From assembly GCF_001194135.2 (NCBI RefSeq), contig NC_068988.1, forward strand, positions 42,986,899-43,050,898: 64,000 nucleotides of DNA, given 5' to 3'. The notes under the pieces are model-generated. The model saw only the letters and a list, made by a program, of their open reading frames with translations, had not been told where the DNA came from and did no database searches. Of this stretch, positions 1 through 12,305 are shown in pieces. This stretch comes from Octopus bimaculoides (Eukaryota). The translations under genes were made by a program, and so were the position numbers. The stretch's first letter is position 1, and each line of letters starts with the position of its first letter.

Positions 1-489
1 TTATTTCTGTTTTTAAAACTGGATAGGTGCTCATTATATCTAAGACGTATTTGGTTTTTCGTGGCCCCAATGTAAGATTTAGTGTGGCTGTTTGTTTGTA
101 CGTCACATTGGTAAACTATAGTATCTGTCTTGCATCTATTGGAGAAATTACATTTATTCCTGTCTCTACAGCCACATAGGTTGTAAGGGGTGTCTATGTC
201 TGTGTGTTGTTGTTGTGTGGTCCTATTGTTTTTTTGGTGTGCGTCCCTCCTAGTAAGGGGTGTTGGATTAGGGTTAGAGTTAGTTCTATTATTTGGGGGG
301 TTGTTGATTTGGTTGTTCGTGGTGTTTCTAGCTGTATAGAATGCGTCTAATTTCTCATTATTAATAGAGGCTATTATGGTAGCTAAGTTACATGTCAGGC
401 TGTGGCCTATTCTTATTTTGTTCTTAAATATTCCTGCGTATTTATTGTTCACATTGAGGTGTTTATCTATTATGTTCATTAGCGAGCGG
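1..489 (-). mobile_element. Penelope-like element fragment: RT-endonuclease linker plus GIY-YIG endonuclease start
   Basis: Manual minus-strand translation is open across the interval: MNIIDKHLNVNNKYAGIFKNKIRIGHSLTCNLATIIASIN...LCGCRDRNKCNFSNRCKTDTIVYQCDVQTNSHTKSYIGATKNQIRLRYNEHLSSFKNRN. The Cys motif, IVY...YIG and RYNEH match the PLE GIY-YIG pattern. The frame runs off the window edge. Confidence 0.85.
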
Positions 490-499
490 NNNNNNNNNN

Positions 500-569
<70 letters not shown>

Positions 570-711
570 GCTGTCTATGTGATTCCTGTATTTTTCTGGT
601 TTTATTTGGGCTGACGAACATGGCGCTTGTAAATCAGTGGCGAAAAGAAAACAAGTGCATTTGTCAGTAGATGGCTTTTATAAAATCTTTGGTATTAAAT
701 TTTGTCTGAAA

Positions 712-1900
712 TTATTGTACTCGTTCCATAAGCTGACCAAGCTTTCTCGTGGAATGTGACCAAATGACGTTTATTTTCCTACAGAGTACCCCTAACGGTC
801 TACACACTTCTTCCATCGGTGCTGCAGTGCTTGATCTCATTGGTAAAGAGGCTTTCATTCCGTTGGTTAAAAAAGTCACCATCAACAGATATGACGTCAT
901 CATCACTACGATATTGGTTCCCATCAAAATGTTTTTTTTCTTTCATGTTGGGTAAGAGATGATAGATGGGACAGGGAAGCTGATCATTCAGTTCAAAGCT
1001 CAAAGCTACAGCCACGCACAGAAGCCTTTGAAACCAAGACGTTGTGTGCTGGAGCATTGTCCTGATGAAACAAGACTACTTTCGCCAGTTTGGTCCTGGT
1101 CGTTTGGTCTTCATAGCTCATCGTAACTGCCTCAACAAGTTGGGATAGTACTCTCCATTGATAGTGTGGTCCTTTTGAAGATTGTCAATAAACAAAGTGT
1201 ATTTTGCATCCCAAAAAATCACCTTCTCTGCGGGTGAAATAACCTTGCCCTTCTTTGGAGCATGTGAGGAGGCGTGTTTCCACTGCATGTATTGTCTCTT
1301 TGTCTCTGGTTCATAATGATGAATCCAACGCTAATCCTGTGTTAGGAAACATTTAAGGAAACCAGCTGGATCTGCCTGAATCAATGTCAGATTTTTCCCG
1401 TGTTGTGATCAGCGTGGTACACTTTTGATCAGGTGTCAGAAGACGTGGCACCCACCGAGCAGTAACCTTCGTCATGCCAAGTTCATTGTGCAGAATATTC
1501 TCAACTCTCCCAACGTATATGCTAAAAGCATTGACTATTTGATTTTTAGTCAATCGCATGTCATCCATCAGCATGTGATGAACACGATCAATGTTATCCT
1601 CGATGGTGGCAGTTGCAGAACATCCAGACCTTGGGCTGTCTTCAAGACTCTTCTTGCCACTCCTAAATTCAGTTGCCCCTTTTTACTTTTACACTGTTGA
1701 TAAAGCTGGAGCATCTTTTCCTTATGTAGTAAACATGTCAACCTGGGGGCTAGACCCAAGGACCGCGATGCTAAATTTTGCCATAGCCACACAGTTGAAT
1801 GACAAGTGCAATAATAATGAACTTAATGCAACAATAGTGACGAACGATTAACTACCGAGCTCTTTGCTGTCTGTCGAATATCCTTCCAACTTAGTCACTC
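712..1900 (-). mobile_element. Decayed mariner (Tc1/mariner) transposon, transposase pseudogene
   Basis: Frameshifted pieces include DAPALSTV..EFRSGKKSLEDSPRSG, LHNELGMTKVTARWVPRLLTPDQK (WVPxxL motif; ORF 1353-1574) and the C-terminal QYRSDDDVIS..FFNQRNESLFTNEIK (ORF 800-1057). TIRs were not identified. Confidence 0.9.
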
Positions 1901-2325
1901 TAAGCACTCATTCACAACTTTGATATCTCTGTGAAGAAATGCAATTGAAATACAAATGGCAACTTGTGAACAAAAAGAATGGTGCAATAACTAATTACGT
2001 GATTATAGCGGACACCAAAACTAATTTCTTGGGAACCTATATAACATAGGTATGTCGAGTCACTTCTAAAATGACACAGCATAAAAAAATCAGATTTATA
2101 AAAGCAGGAGGAATTTATATATATATATATATATATATTCAGAATATGTGAGGAAGAGTGAATAATTATTCGAATAATCCAACTTAAAAATATGATATTT
2201 GTCACCATGTAAGTATAAAAATACAAGAATGCACATACTTACGTATACACAGAACTAGGCAAAAATCAAAACACACGCATATATAATCGCATATATAATG
2301 CATGTAAATATATAAGCATAGTGAA

Positions 2326-2670
2326 GGCGCATGGCTCAGTGGTTGGAGCGTCGAACTCACAAACACGAGGTAGTGAGTTCGATTCGCAGAGCGGGTTGTG
2401 TATTGTGTTCTTGAGCAAGACACTTTATTTCACGTTGCTCCAGTTCACTCAGCTGTAGAAATAAGTTGCGCCGTCACTGGTTCCCCTGCTGTAACAGCCT
2501 TTGCTTTTCCCTTTGATGACATCGGTGGCGTGGAGAAGGCTGGTATGCATGGACGACTGCTGGTCTTCCATAAACAACCTTGCTCGGACTTGTGCTTCGG
2601 AGAGTAACTTTCTACTTACTCTCTAGTTAATCCCGTGGCCATTCATGACCGAAAGGAGGTGTCTCTATCT
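2326..2670 (+). mobile_element. tRNA-derived SINE, family C (full length)
   Basis: A-box-like TGGCTCAGTGG and B-box-like GAGTTCGATTC, followed by a CORE-like TTCTTGAGCAAGACACTT..CACTCAGCTGTA. Homologous to 4062-4305 and 59392-59720. Confidence 0.85.
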
Positions 2671-2789
2671 TTTAAATATATACACATATGTATACATATA
2701 TAAATATCACACATCTGTGATATTTATACTTATCCAGTGTGGTCTTACAGACAAAATGTATTAGGTAAAACTAAGTAAACAACGTATGC

Positions 2790-2997
2790 ATATATGTGTG
2801 TGTGAGATTCTTACAAATATATGTATGTTTGTATGTGTGTGTGTATGTGTACGTGTGTATGTATATATATATATATATATATGTATATATGTGCAGAAGT
2901 TGGTAATTGCGCAGCAAAAATGTGAGTACGTGTTAATATATTAATGTTAATGCGACATGTATATGTTTTACGTAAAATACATTCTAATATATATATG

Positions 2998-3046
<49 letters not shown>

Positions 3047-3250
3047 ATGTGTGTGAGTGTGTGTGTGTATGTGTATATATATGCATATATGTATGTATAT
3101 ATATACTTATATATATGTATATATATGTATATATGTAGTATATATGTATATATGTATGTATATTTATATATATGCATGTATATGTATATTTATATGTATG
3201 TATATATATGCATATATATGTAGTGTATATCTATGTATGTATGTAAACGC
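2790..3250. repeat. Compound (TA)n/(TG)n/(TATG)n microsatellite
   Basis: Seen directly; it explains the YI/CV/HT ORFs here. The same type recurs throughout the window. Confidence 0.95.
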
Positions 3251-3634
3251 ATAATTTACGTGCATTAAAATTATTTATCTTAACGTTGACCCAAGTTCAA
3301 AGGAATTAATTTATGTTTATAATCTTTCGTAGGAATAGTATAAATACAGCCCGTTACTGAATGAATCCAGACAAACATCAAATTGGTTACGCCAAACTCT
3401 AGTGATCTGTTGACCTGTTTGATGTTGTAAATTTACTTGCTGCAGTCAAGCCAGATTTCGGGACACGAATGAATGATTACTATCTGACGCAATCATGTAG
3501 GTTGTACACAAATTTTTAGACATATTCACGAAATATTTATACATGGATATGGAGACATACAAATATACACCGACACATACATACACTCTAATATATATAT
3601 ATAGATATCTATATATAAATATATTGAAATACGT

Positions 3635-3688
<54 letters not shown>

Positions 3689-4061
3689 NNNNNNNNNNNN
3701 NNNNNNNNNNNNNNNNNNNNNNNNNNNNNNNNNNNNNNNNNNNNNNNNNNNNNNNNNNNNNNNNNNNNNNNNNNNNNNNNNNNNNNNNNNNNNNNNNNNN
3801 NNNNNNNNNNNNNNNNNNNNNNNNNNNNNNNNNNNNNNNNNNNNNNNNNNNNNNNNNNNNNNNNNNNNNNNNNNNNNNNNNNNNNNNNNNNNNNNNNNNN
3901 NNNNNNNNNNNNNNNNNNNNNNNNNNNNNNNNNNNNNNNNNNNNNNNNNNNNNNNNNNNNNNNNNNNNNNNNNNNNNNNNNNNNNNNNNNNNNNNNNNNN
4001 NNNNNNNNNNNNNNNNNNNNNNNNNNNNNNNNNNNNNNNNNNNNNNNNNNNNNNNNNNNNN

Positions 4062-4305
4062 GACCGGGCTGTGTTGTGTTCTAGAGTAAGAATCTTTGTT
4101 TCACGTTGCTCCCGTTCATTCAGCTATAGAAATTAGTTGCGATGTCACTGGTGCCAAGCTGTATCGGCTTTTGCCTTTCCCTTGAATAACATCAGCGGCT
4201 GTTGGTGTTCTATAAATAACTTTGCACAGACTTGTGCCTTGGAGGATAACTTTTTAGATGTAATCCCAGAGTCATTCTTGATCGAATGGGGTCTTTTGCC
4301 CCTTA
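4062..4305 (+). mobile_element. SINE family C, 5' end lost in gap
   Basis: Colinear with the body of 2326-2670 (gaccgggctgtgttgtg...gaatgggggtcttt). Confidence 0.8.
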
Positions 4306-4309
4306 TCCT

Positions 4310-4343
<34 letters not shown>

Positions 4344-5253
4344 ACACACTCACATACATGTATATGTAATCTAAATTCTAGATAAATAAACAGGGTAAAT
4401 TTAACTATTTCTCCGTTGATTGAAAAGATAATGAACAACTTTAATCGCTCTTCCAGCCTTATTGGGTACACATCAGAGATGTCAACATCAACTTGACCAA
4501 TCCCAGAGAAACAAGTAGACAATTGTTTATAAACACACCAAATTCAGAAGCTGCAGAGAACTGAAGCTACGAATTTGCATATCGTAACTGTTTAACACTT
4601 TATTTAATATTAGCCGCGTCTCAGCTGCGATATCAGTTCATACAGTATCACGGTGTACAATATATCCATCTAAGCAGTAGGGCTCTATAAATAGGGAAAA
4701 TAAACTATTGCTCTGTAGACTGAAAACATGATAAACGCCCTTAATCGATTTTTGAGCATGCATGCATGCACACAGGCATACGCACGCGCACACACATATA
4801 AACATATTGTACTGTTCTGTCCCGTTATTGGCGAGATCATCCAGTGCGACACATTGAATTTAAATGGCAACCACAATAAATTTCATGCCTTTGATAATAC
4901 AATGGCTGCAGGAGCTTGTATAGCGTGTCTTGTATTTCCATGCAATCATTCAGGCTCAATAAATACGCGTCACGCTTTACAAGTTCATCCGACCGTTGTA
5001 TTAGCACTGGTATGAAACTTGTAATAGTTCGCATTTAAATCATACGTATATTAAGTGATATATATATATATATATAATCGGTCAGTAGTTAATAAATCCG
5101 AAAAGAAGTTCACTCTAAAAATTTAGAGCAGCGATACTACCTCCAATAGTAGAGAGGTTTATGTGCCCCCGGCCATCGAGTCTGACGAGTCTCCTATACC
5201 GCTAAGAACCTTATAGGTGCGAACTAATAGTCACTATCTGACAGACCATAATA

Positions 5254-5289
<36 letters not shown>

Positions 5290-5299
5290 NNNNNNNNNN

Positions 5300-5336
<37 letters not shown>

Positions 5337-5515
5337 TGTATAAGGGATGACCACTAGATAGACATCCAATATGCTAGAAAGAGGTCATCAAACCGTGTCA
5401 TCAAGCACAAACAATTTTTATTTCGTATCTGTATACAGAGTAATATTAAATTATATTTATATATGTATATATATGTATATACTATATGATATATACATAA
5501 GTACATATGTATCTA

Positions 5516-5724
5516 CGAGGGGGTGCTGAAAAGTTCCAAGCTTTAAGAGTATCACGAAAGGCCTGGCTGGAAGCCAAGTCTTCCGAGTTCTATTGCATGG
5601 CTTAGAAAAACTGCAATAAGTGTGTGAATCTGAGAGGGGAATATGTTGAATAAAATCATAATTAACTGCTGATCCTCCTGTATTTTCTTTTACCCAAAGC
5701 CAGGAACTTTTCATCACCCCCTCG
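5516..5724 (+). mobile_element. Mariner-derived MITE (about 210 bp)
   Basis: TIRs are CGAGGGGGTGCTGAAAAGTTCC and GGAACTTTTCATCACCCCCTCG, flanked by TA (5514-5515) and CA. The interior resembles a mariner C-terminus (GLEKLQ..GEYVE*). Confidence 0.85.
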
Positions 5725-6630
5725 CATATATAGCAGCTGAAGAATAAAATCCATGGTGATATATTTATATTTATATTTATATTTATACTCGAAATAAAAA
5801 CCGTTGAATATGAGATGAACGTTAAAAATATAAAATCTTTTTGAATTGACTGAAACAAGAATTATTAATATATACATGGCTCACTGACGCTCACTTGCGA
5901 AACATGTTGGAAAATTTCAACAAAAATGTCCATTTGTANNNNNNNNNNNNNNNNNNNNNNNNNNNNNNNNNNNNNNNNNNNNNNNNNNNNNNNNNNNNNN
6001 NNNNNNNNNNNNNNNNNNNNNNNNNNNNNNNNNNNNNNNNNNNNNNNNNNNNNNNNNNNNNNNNNNNNNNNNNNNNNNNNNNNNNNNNNNNNNNNNNNNN
6101 NNNNNNNNNNNNNNNNNNNNNNNNNNNNNNNNNNNNNNNNNNNNNNNNNNNNNNNNNNNNNNNNNNNNNNNNNNNNNNNNNNNNNNNNNNNNNNNNNNNN
6201 NNNNNNNNNNNNNNNNNNNNNNNNNNNNNNNNNNNNNNNNNNNNNNNNNNNNNNNNNNNNNNNNNNNNNNNNNNNNNNNNNNNNNNNNNNNNNNNNNNNN
6301 NNNNNNNNNNNNNNNNNNNNNNNNNNNNNNNNNNNNNNNNNNNNNNNNNNNNNNNNNNNNNNNNNNNNNNNNNNNNNNNNNNNNNNNNNNNNNNNNNNNN
6401 NNNNNNNNNNNNNNNNNNNNNNNNNNNNNNNNNNNNNNNNNNNNNNNNNNNNNNNNNNNNNNNNNNNNNNNNNNNNNNNNNNNNNNNNNNNNNNNNNNNN
6501 NNNNNNNNNNNNNNNNNNNNNNNNNNNNNNNNNNNNNNNNNNNNNNNNNNNNNNNNNNNNNNNNNNNNNNNNNNNNNNNNNNNNNNNNNNNNNNNNNNNN
6601 NNNNNNNNNNNNNNNNNNNNNNNNNNNNNN

Positions 6631-6773
6631 CACGCTGAATATCCCCGAGAACTACGTTAAGGGTACACGTATGTGTGGAGTGCTCAACCACTTGCACGTT
6701 AATTTCACGAGCAGGCTGTTCCGCTGATCGGATCAACTGGAACCCTCGACGTCGTAAGCGACGGCGTGCCAAC
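6631..6773 (+). mobile_element. SINE family D, 3' part
   Basis: Near-identical to the 3' halves of 49412-49797 and 15387-15782 (gagaactacgttaagggtacacg...cgtcgtaagcgacgg). Confidence 0.85.
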
Positions 6774-6811
6774 ATTTCCATAACACACACACACACACAC
6801 ATATATATGCA

Positions 6812-6969
6812 CAGGAGTGGCTGTGTGGTAAGTAGCTTCCTTACCAACCACATGGTTCCGGGTTCAGTCCGACTGCGTGGCACCTTGGGCAAGTGTCTCC
6901 AACTATAGTCTCGGGCCGACCAAAGCCTTGTGAGTGGATTTGGTTGATGGAAACTGAATGAAGCCCGTC

Positions 6970-7000
<31 letters not shown>

Positions 7001-7206
7001 CGTGTGTTTGTATGACTGTTTCTCCCCCCAACATCGCTTGACAACCGATGCTGGTGTGTTTACGTCTCTGTAACTTAGCGGTTCGGCAAAAGAAGCCGAT
7101 AGAATAAGTACTCGGCTTACAAAGAAGAAGTCTTGCGGTCGATTTGCTCGACTGGAGGCTGTGCTCCAGTATGGCCGCAGTCAATTGACTGAAATAAAAG
7201 TTAAAG

Positions 7207-7208
<2 letters not shown>
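6812..7208 (+). mobile_element. tRNA-derived SINE, family A, with internal TA/TG microsatellite
   Basis: Head GGAGTGGCTGTGTGGTAAG..GGTTCAGTCC, core CACCTTGGGCAAGTGTC, internal (TA)n(TG)n, then a 3' half ending CAGTCAA.TGACTGAAA plus A-rich tail. Many homologues in the window. Confidence 0.9.
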
Positions 7209-7239
<31 letters not shown>

Positions 7240-7319
7240 TTATGCATGTATGTATGTATGTATGTATGTATGAGTGTTAAGGAATGATTTGAGAGCTCTC
7301 CTTTGTTATGTAGATCACT

Positions 7320-7660
7320 AAAGAATCAAACGCCTTGGACACTCTGATCCATCTCGAGCAATGTTCTCCCTCGAATCTGGGCTGATCATGCAGTCATTTA
7401 AGTATACTTTCAGTGTATCTTTAACACTTTTATGAGGTGCACCAATAACAATGTTCTCCATTTGCAAAATCCAGATAGATGATTGCTTTTGGTAGTCAGG
7501 CATTCTGGTATGTTCATCCCAACACAGTTAGATTTGCTTAATTTCAATAAAGAAACTGGGAGAACAAGCACGTCTGGAAACCTGTGTATCAGGAACTCTA
7601 TCCTGCTATTTTATGTTTAGAATCTTCTTTCGGCAAGTCATGTGGAAATAATTAAGCTTT
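7320..7660 (-). mobile_element. RTE-like LINE 3' ORF relic
   Basis: ORF 7318-7503 (MPDYQKQ..GAPHKSVKDTLKVYLNDCMISPDSRENIARDGSECPRRLI) resembles the RTE RT C-terminus (RMPD.RLPK...G.P.KRFKD.LK...WE..A.DRS.WR). Confidence 0.7.
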
Positions 7661-8339
7661 TTATGCATGGGACTGGTATACTGTTCAAGATTCAATATCA
7701 GAGAGGAGAGTTAGAGAGTTAAAAACGTTGTGACTTTAATTTTAACATCAGTACGAATAACTTGTATACGGCACTCTCTGCTGCAGTTTTTCAAACGTTG
7801 CATTCGCTTCATCAATTGATATCACTTCAATATGAATGCAAACACTTATGAATAATGCTCTAAGTAATTCAAAATTCAAAACTTCTGCATTTTTAGCTCA
7901 ATGTCACTTACATTAATCCCACCGCGTACATATTGTGTATGCTCTGAGATATGCAAGATAATGGTTTTCATACATATATATGAAAAGTTATATGTGTCTG
8001 CATGTTTATAAGTTACTATAAAAGACTATGCAAACACACACACACACATACACATATGTATGTATGTATGTATAATTATATAGATGTATGTGTGGTTTTG
8101 TAAATTGTGTGCATGCGTGTCTGCTGTTTTGCTGCATATATATAAATACCAGTGCGTGTGCGTGTGCATGCGTGTATGTGAGTGTGTGAGTGTGTATCAA
8201 TGTGTGTATCAATGTGTGTGTGTGTGTGTGTGTCTGTGTGTGTTATTTAAATGCGACTTTGTAAGTATACAGGAAATAACACATAAATATCAAACAACCG
8301 TGTTGAATAGCCTAAGGTAGATTTCTTAGTTTCATCATT

Positions 8340-8388
8340 GTAGCAGCAGCAGCAACAATAGTAGTAGTAGTAGTAGTAGTAGTAGTAA

Positions 8389-8440
<52 letters not shown>
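8340..8440. repeat. (TAG)n microsatellite
   Basis: Seen directly; adjacent GGT-rich low-complexity sequence at 8648-8770. Confidence 0.95.
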
Positions 8441-8441
<1 letters not shown>

Positions 8442-9769
8442 TGAGGAGGAGGAAATGGGGGGAGAGGGTGAAATGGGGTGTAGTAGAGGTCATTGTCGTA
8501 TATGTTGTTCTTGTCCTTATTGCATTCTAAATCTTATGTACGGCCACCGTGTGAAAGATTTTACATGTTTCATGCAACAGCATCTATTGTTGGTGACTGA
8601 CCTTGCAGAGCCGTAACAACTGTACTATTATTATAGGGGAGAATTATGGTGGTGGTGGTGGTGGTGATGGTGATGGTGGTGTTTTTAATAGGGGATTATA
8701 GTGTTGTTGTTCTTGTTGTTGCTGGTGGCAGTGGTAGAGGTGGTAGTGACATTGGCGGTGGTGGTGTCGGTAGTCTGATGTGGATGTGTCGTGAATAACT
8801 GTGATTTGACAATGGCTGGGAGATCTGAAAGGTGCAGAGAGGACGGTGATAATTTGGTAGGTGCTGGGTTTGGAGATGGGAAGGGGGTGAAGAGCATTCG
8901 GTCTGTTTGTGCGCCAATTAAGAATAAATACTACATAGTGAATTATATTGAGTTCATCTTTATTAATAAGAGAACTTCTTGATGGCCGCGCAATTTATTG
9001 GAAATAGCAGTCAATTCTTTTTCAAAATGTATTTTGTTTGTCAAGGAAGAGAGAGATGACTTTGCGTAATGTAAGTGGTCCTAGACATGCTTCTAAAATT
9101 ACTGGTACTCATGGATTGAATACTTTTGATCATAAACCTTCCCACTCAGAGATGACCTGGTGTTATATGCCGCGACGACCACCATCATCACAACGACAAC
9201 GACAACTACCACCCCCACCACCACCACCACCACCGTCGCCGCTGCCACTCCTACCACCATGGCAACCTTTGGCTTTTACTGTTGTCACCCATTTAAAAAA
9301 AATGGCTCTTTCCCTTTTCGTGAGGCATGAGTATGTCAACGTTCTCCTTTCCCGTTCTCCGATAATATTTTGTAATACGGTTCCGCTAGTCTTGTAGCTC
9401 CAATAGGAACTTGCTTAAGTCCAAAATTTCCTTGCTTGTTGTTATACTTACAAACGTCTGTGTGTTGTCGTTGTTATTGTTATTGTGCTAGTCTTTGAAT
9501 AAATGGTTATTTGTCTCAGAAACACTATCTACATCATTATTCTTTGAATCGTTCATGTAATTTTCTTTGATGATCTTTTTTGTGTTTGCTGTCTATTTAT
9601 AAGAGATTTTGTTAATTAAGGGGAGCGTATTTCTTTCTTATTTTTGTCTTGTTGCCACGTTGTTAACTTACGACAGAAAAAGGTCTTACCAAAAAGTTGT
9701 AATAAGGCATCATTTTGCCTATAAGTAGCAAAGAGGAAAATAAATCAATAATTAGCTTTGTTTACAAGA

Positions 9770-10055
9770 TAGAAATTGTAGATAGCCATTGTACAATAAC
9801 TGATTTAGCACCTCTACGCGTTAATACAGTGTGTGAAAAAGAAAATGAAAGAATTCAAAGATATAAAAAGATTAATAATAGAAATTGCAAGAGCGTATGG
9901 GTGAGGGGAACGGGAAACAGTTGAAATTGTGCCAGTGGAAGCGGACACTGTTGGTAGAATAAAAAGGGAAATGAAATTGTAGATGAAGAAAAATCGAGAT
10001 CGACATTCGAAGAAGGGCTGCTACAGATAACCTCCTTTAGTGAGAACTATATAAT
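9770..10055 (+). mobile_element. Degenerate R4/Dong-like LINE, restriction-like endonuclease relic
   Basis: Frameshifted CTITDLA..VNTVCEKENERIQRYK.LIIEIARAYG..ETVEIVPVEA resembles IDIAVP.D..V.EKE.EKI.KY.DL..EI.RLW....EVVPVVIGALG. Confidence 0.6.
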
Positions 10056-10099
10056 CATATCAATCATCATTTCAATAGTCTGTATGAGTCACCATAACA

Positions 10100-10380
10100 A
10101 TCGACGACGTCGTAGTCGTCGTCGTCGTCATCATCGTTATCATCATCGTCATCATCGTCATCATCATCATCATCGTCATCGCCATCATCATCATCATCAT
10201 TTTCAGAAATGAGCTGTCGTTTAGAAAAATCTGTAAAGTGAAAGATACATGAAGACGAAGGAGAAGAAGAAGAAGGATGATAATGACGATGTTGATGATG
10301 ACGACGACGACGATGATGATGGTGGTGGTGAAGATGGCAAGTGATAATATTCATTAAACAGTGACGATAACGATGGTTTG

Positions 10381-10416
<36 letters not shown>

Positions 10417-10435
10417 CGATGATGATGATGATGAT
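10100..10435. repeat. Opposed (ATC/GTC)n and (GAT/GAC)n triplet arrays
   Basis: Seen directly; source of the poly-D/H/I ORF 10067-10513. Confidence 0.9.
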
Positions 10436-11056
10436 GTAAAACAAGTAGACTGTGATTGTAGACTTCTTCAAATCAAGCGATAAGTCAATAAAAAACAACA
10501 CTGAACGTTCCACAGCGATAATTTATTATAATTATTACTATAATTAAATCCTTCTCTAATCTACCAACGTCTGGAACACCAGCAATGGAGAGAAAGAGAG
10601 AGAGGGAAAGAGAGAGAGAAAAAGAGGGAGGGAGAGAGAGCTTTTGTAAGGAGTATGTAAACTGTTGGTCATTTATTAATGTAGCGAACAAACTGAGGGT
10701 ATCGTATCGTAACATCATTATCGTTATCTCTGTTTGAATCTGTTTGTGGTCCGTATCTGTCTAGCAAGGATACTGTAGCAGGACAGACACAGAATTCTAA
10801 TGGAGAGGATGAGTGTATGAATGCGCGAGTGAGTGATGAGTGAGTGAGTAATCAAGGAAGTGAGTGAGTGCGAATCAAGTCGGGATTGAATAATGAATTT
10901 AAAAGACCAATGATGATGACTGGAAAGAGTTTGCTAAGGGGGGAATCTCGTTCGAAATGAAACGTTTTTCATTTCCTTCATGTCAACTGCAGAGCCTTTG
11001 TCTCTTTAGCTACCAAAAGAAAAAAAAAAAAGAAAAAAACAGAAAGAAAAAGAACA

Positions 11057-11410
11057 GGTATGGCTGTGTGATTAATAAGTTCGTTTCGCAGCCACTTGAT
11101 TTAGAGTTCAATCCCACTACACAACACCTCGGGCAAGTATTTTCTATTATACCCAGTCCAACCAGTACTCTGTGAATAAATTTGGTACTTGGAAACAGTC
11201 TGGTTGCCCGTCTTTAATATATATATATATATATATAAGTGTGCACGATCGCGCGCGTGTGTGTGCGCGCGTACGTTTGTGTTTGAAAACCACTACCGCT
11301 AAACAACCGGTTTTGGTTTCTTTGTGTCCCTGTAAATTTGACCGCTCGGCAGAGAAAATCTATAGAATAAGTATCAATCTTTAAAAGTTAAGTGTTGGAA
11401 TCAACTAAAT
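11057..11410 (+). mobile_element. Diverged SINE family A
   Basis: Recognisable head (ggtatggctgtgtg..gagttcaatcccac), core (cacctcgggcaagt), internal microsatellite and 3' half (gaataagtatc). Confidence 0.7.
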
Positions 11411-12186
11411 ATTAGAGGTAATGTAATAAAAAAAGCAAGTTATAAATGGTGAACGAATGAAAGAGATAGAGAAGAAAAAAGAAGATCAATGTATGATTAG
11501 TGTGTATGTGTGTGTATGTGTGTGTGAGTGCGTGCGTATGTACATATACNNNNNNNNNNNNNNNNNNNNNNNNNNNNNNNNNNNNNNNNNNNNNNNNNNN
11601 NNNNNNNNNNNNNNNNNNNNNNNNNNNNNNNNNNNNNNNNNNNNNNNNNNNNNNNNNNNNNNNNNNNNNNNNNNNNNNNNNNNNNNNNNNNNNNNNNNNN
11701 NNNNNNNNNNNNNNNNNNNNNNNNNNNNNNNNNNNNNNNNNNNNNNNNNNNNNNNNNNNNNNNNNNNNNNNNNNNNNNNNNNNNNNNNNNNNNNNNNNNN
11801 NNNNNNNNNNNNNNNNNNNNNNNNNNNNNNNNNNNNNNNNNNNNNNNNNNNNNNNNNNNNNNNNNNNNNNNNNNNNNNNNNNNNNNNNNNNNNNNNNNNN
11901 NNNNNNNNNNNNNNNNNNNNNNNNNNNNNNNNNNNNNNNNNNNNNNNNNNNNNNNNNNNNNNNNNNNNNNNNNNNNNNNNNNNNNNNNNNNNNNNNNNNN
12001 NNNNNNNNNNNNNNNNNNNNNNNNNNNNAGATTCGGTTGAATTAGATACTTAAATTGAAGAACCTTGCATATGTACATATATATATCTACATGTATGTAT
12101 GTATGTATGTATGTATGTATGTATGTATGTGTGTGTGTGTGTGTGTGCGTGTGTGTATGTATGCATGTATAAATCTATCTATCATA

Positions 12187-12305
12187 TCTCTCTCTCGTTG
12201 ACTCTCTCCCTCCGTCCTCTCTCTCTCTCTCGTTGACTCTCTCCCTCCGTCCTCTCTCTCTCTCGTTGACTCTCTCCCTCTGTCCTCTCTCTCTCTCTCT
12301 CTCTC
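12187..12305. repeat. Short tandem repeat of about 32 bp, 3 copies (TCTCTCTCGTTGACTCTCTCCCTCCGTCC)
   Basis: Seen directly. Confidence 0.85.

Noticed and set aside
2811-3254. ORFs rich in YI, HT, CV and MY dipeptides (here and throughout)
   Set aside because: They are translations of TA/CA/TG microsatellites, which lack stops in several frames; there is no protein-like content.
5891-6892. Long ORFs spanning N runs (also 11457, 12766, 16043, 17567, 42329, 57340 and others)
   Set aside because: Their length comes from assembly gaps translated as X.
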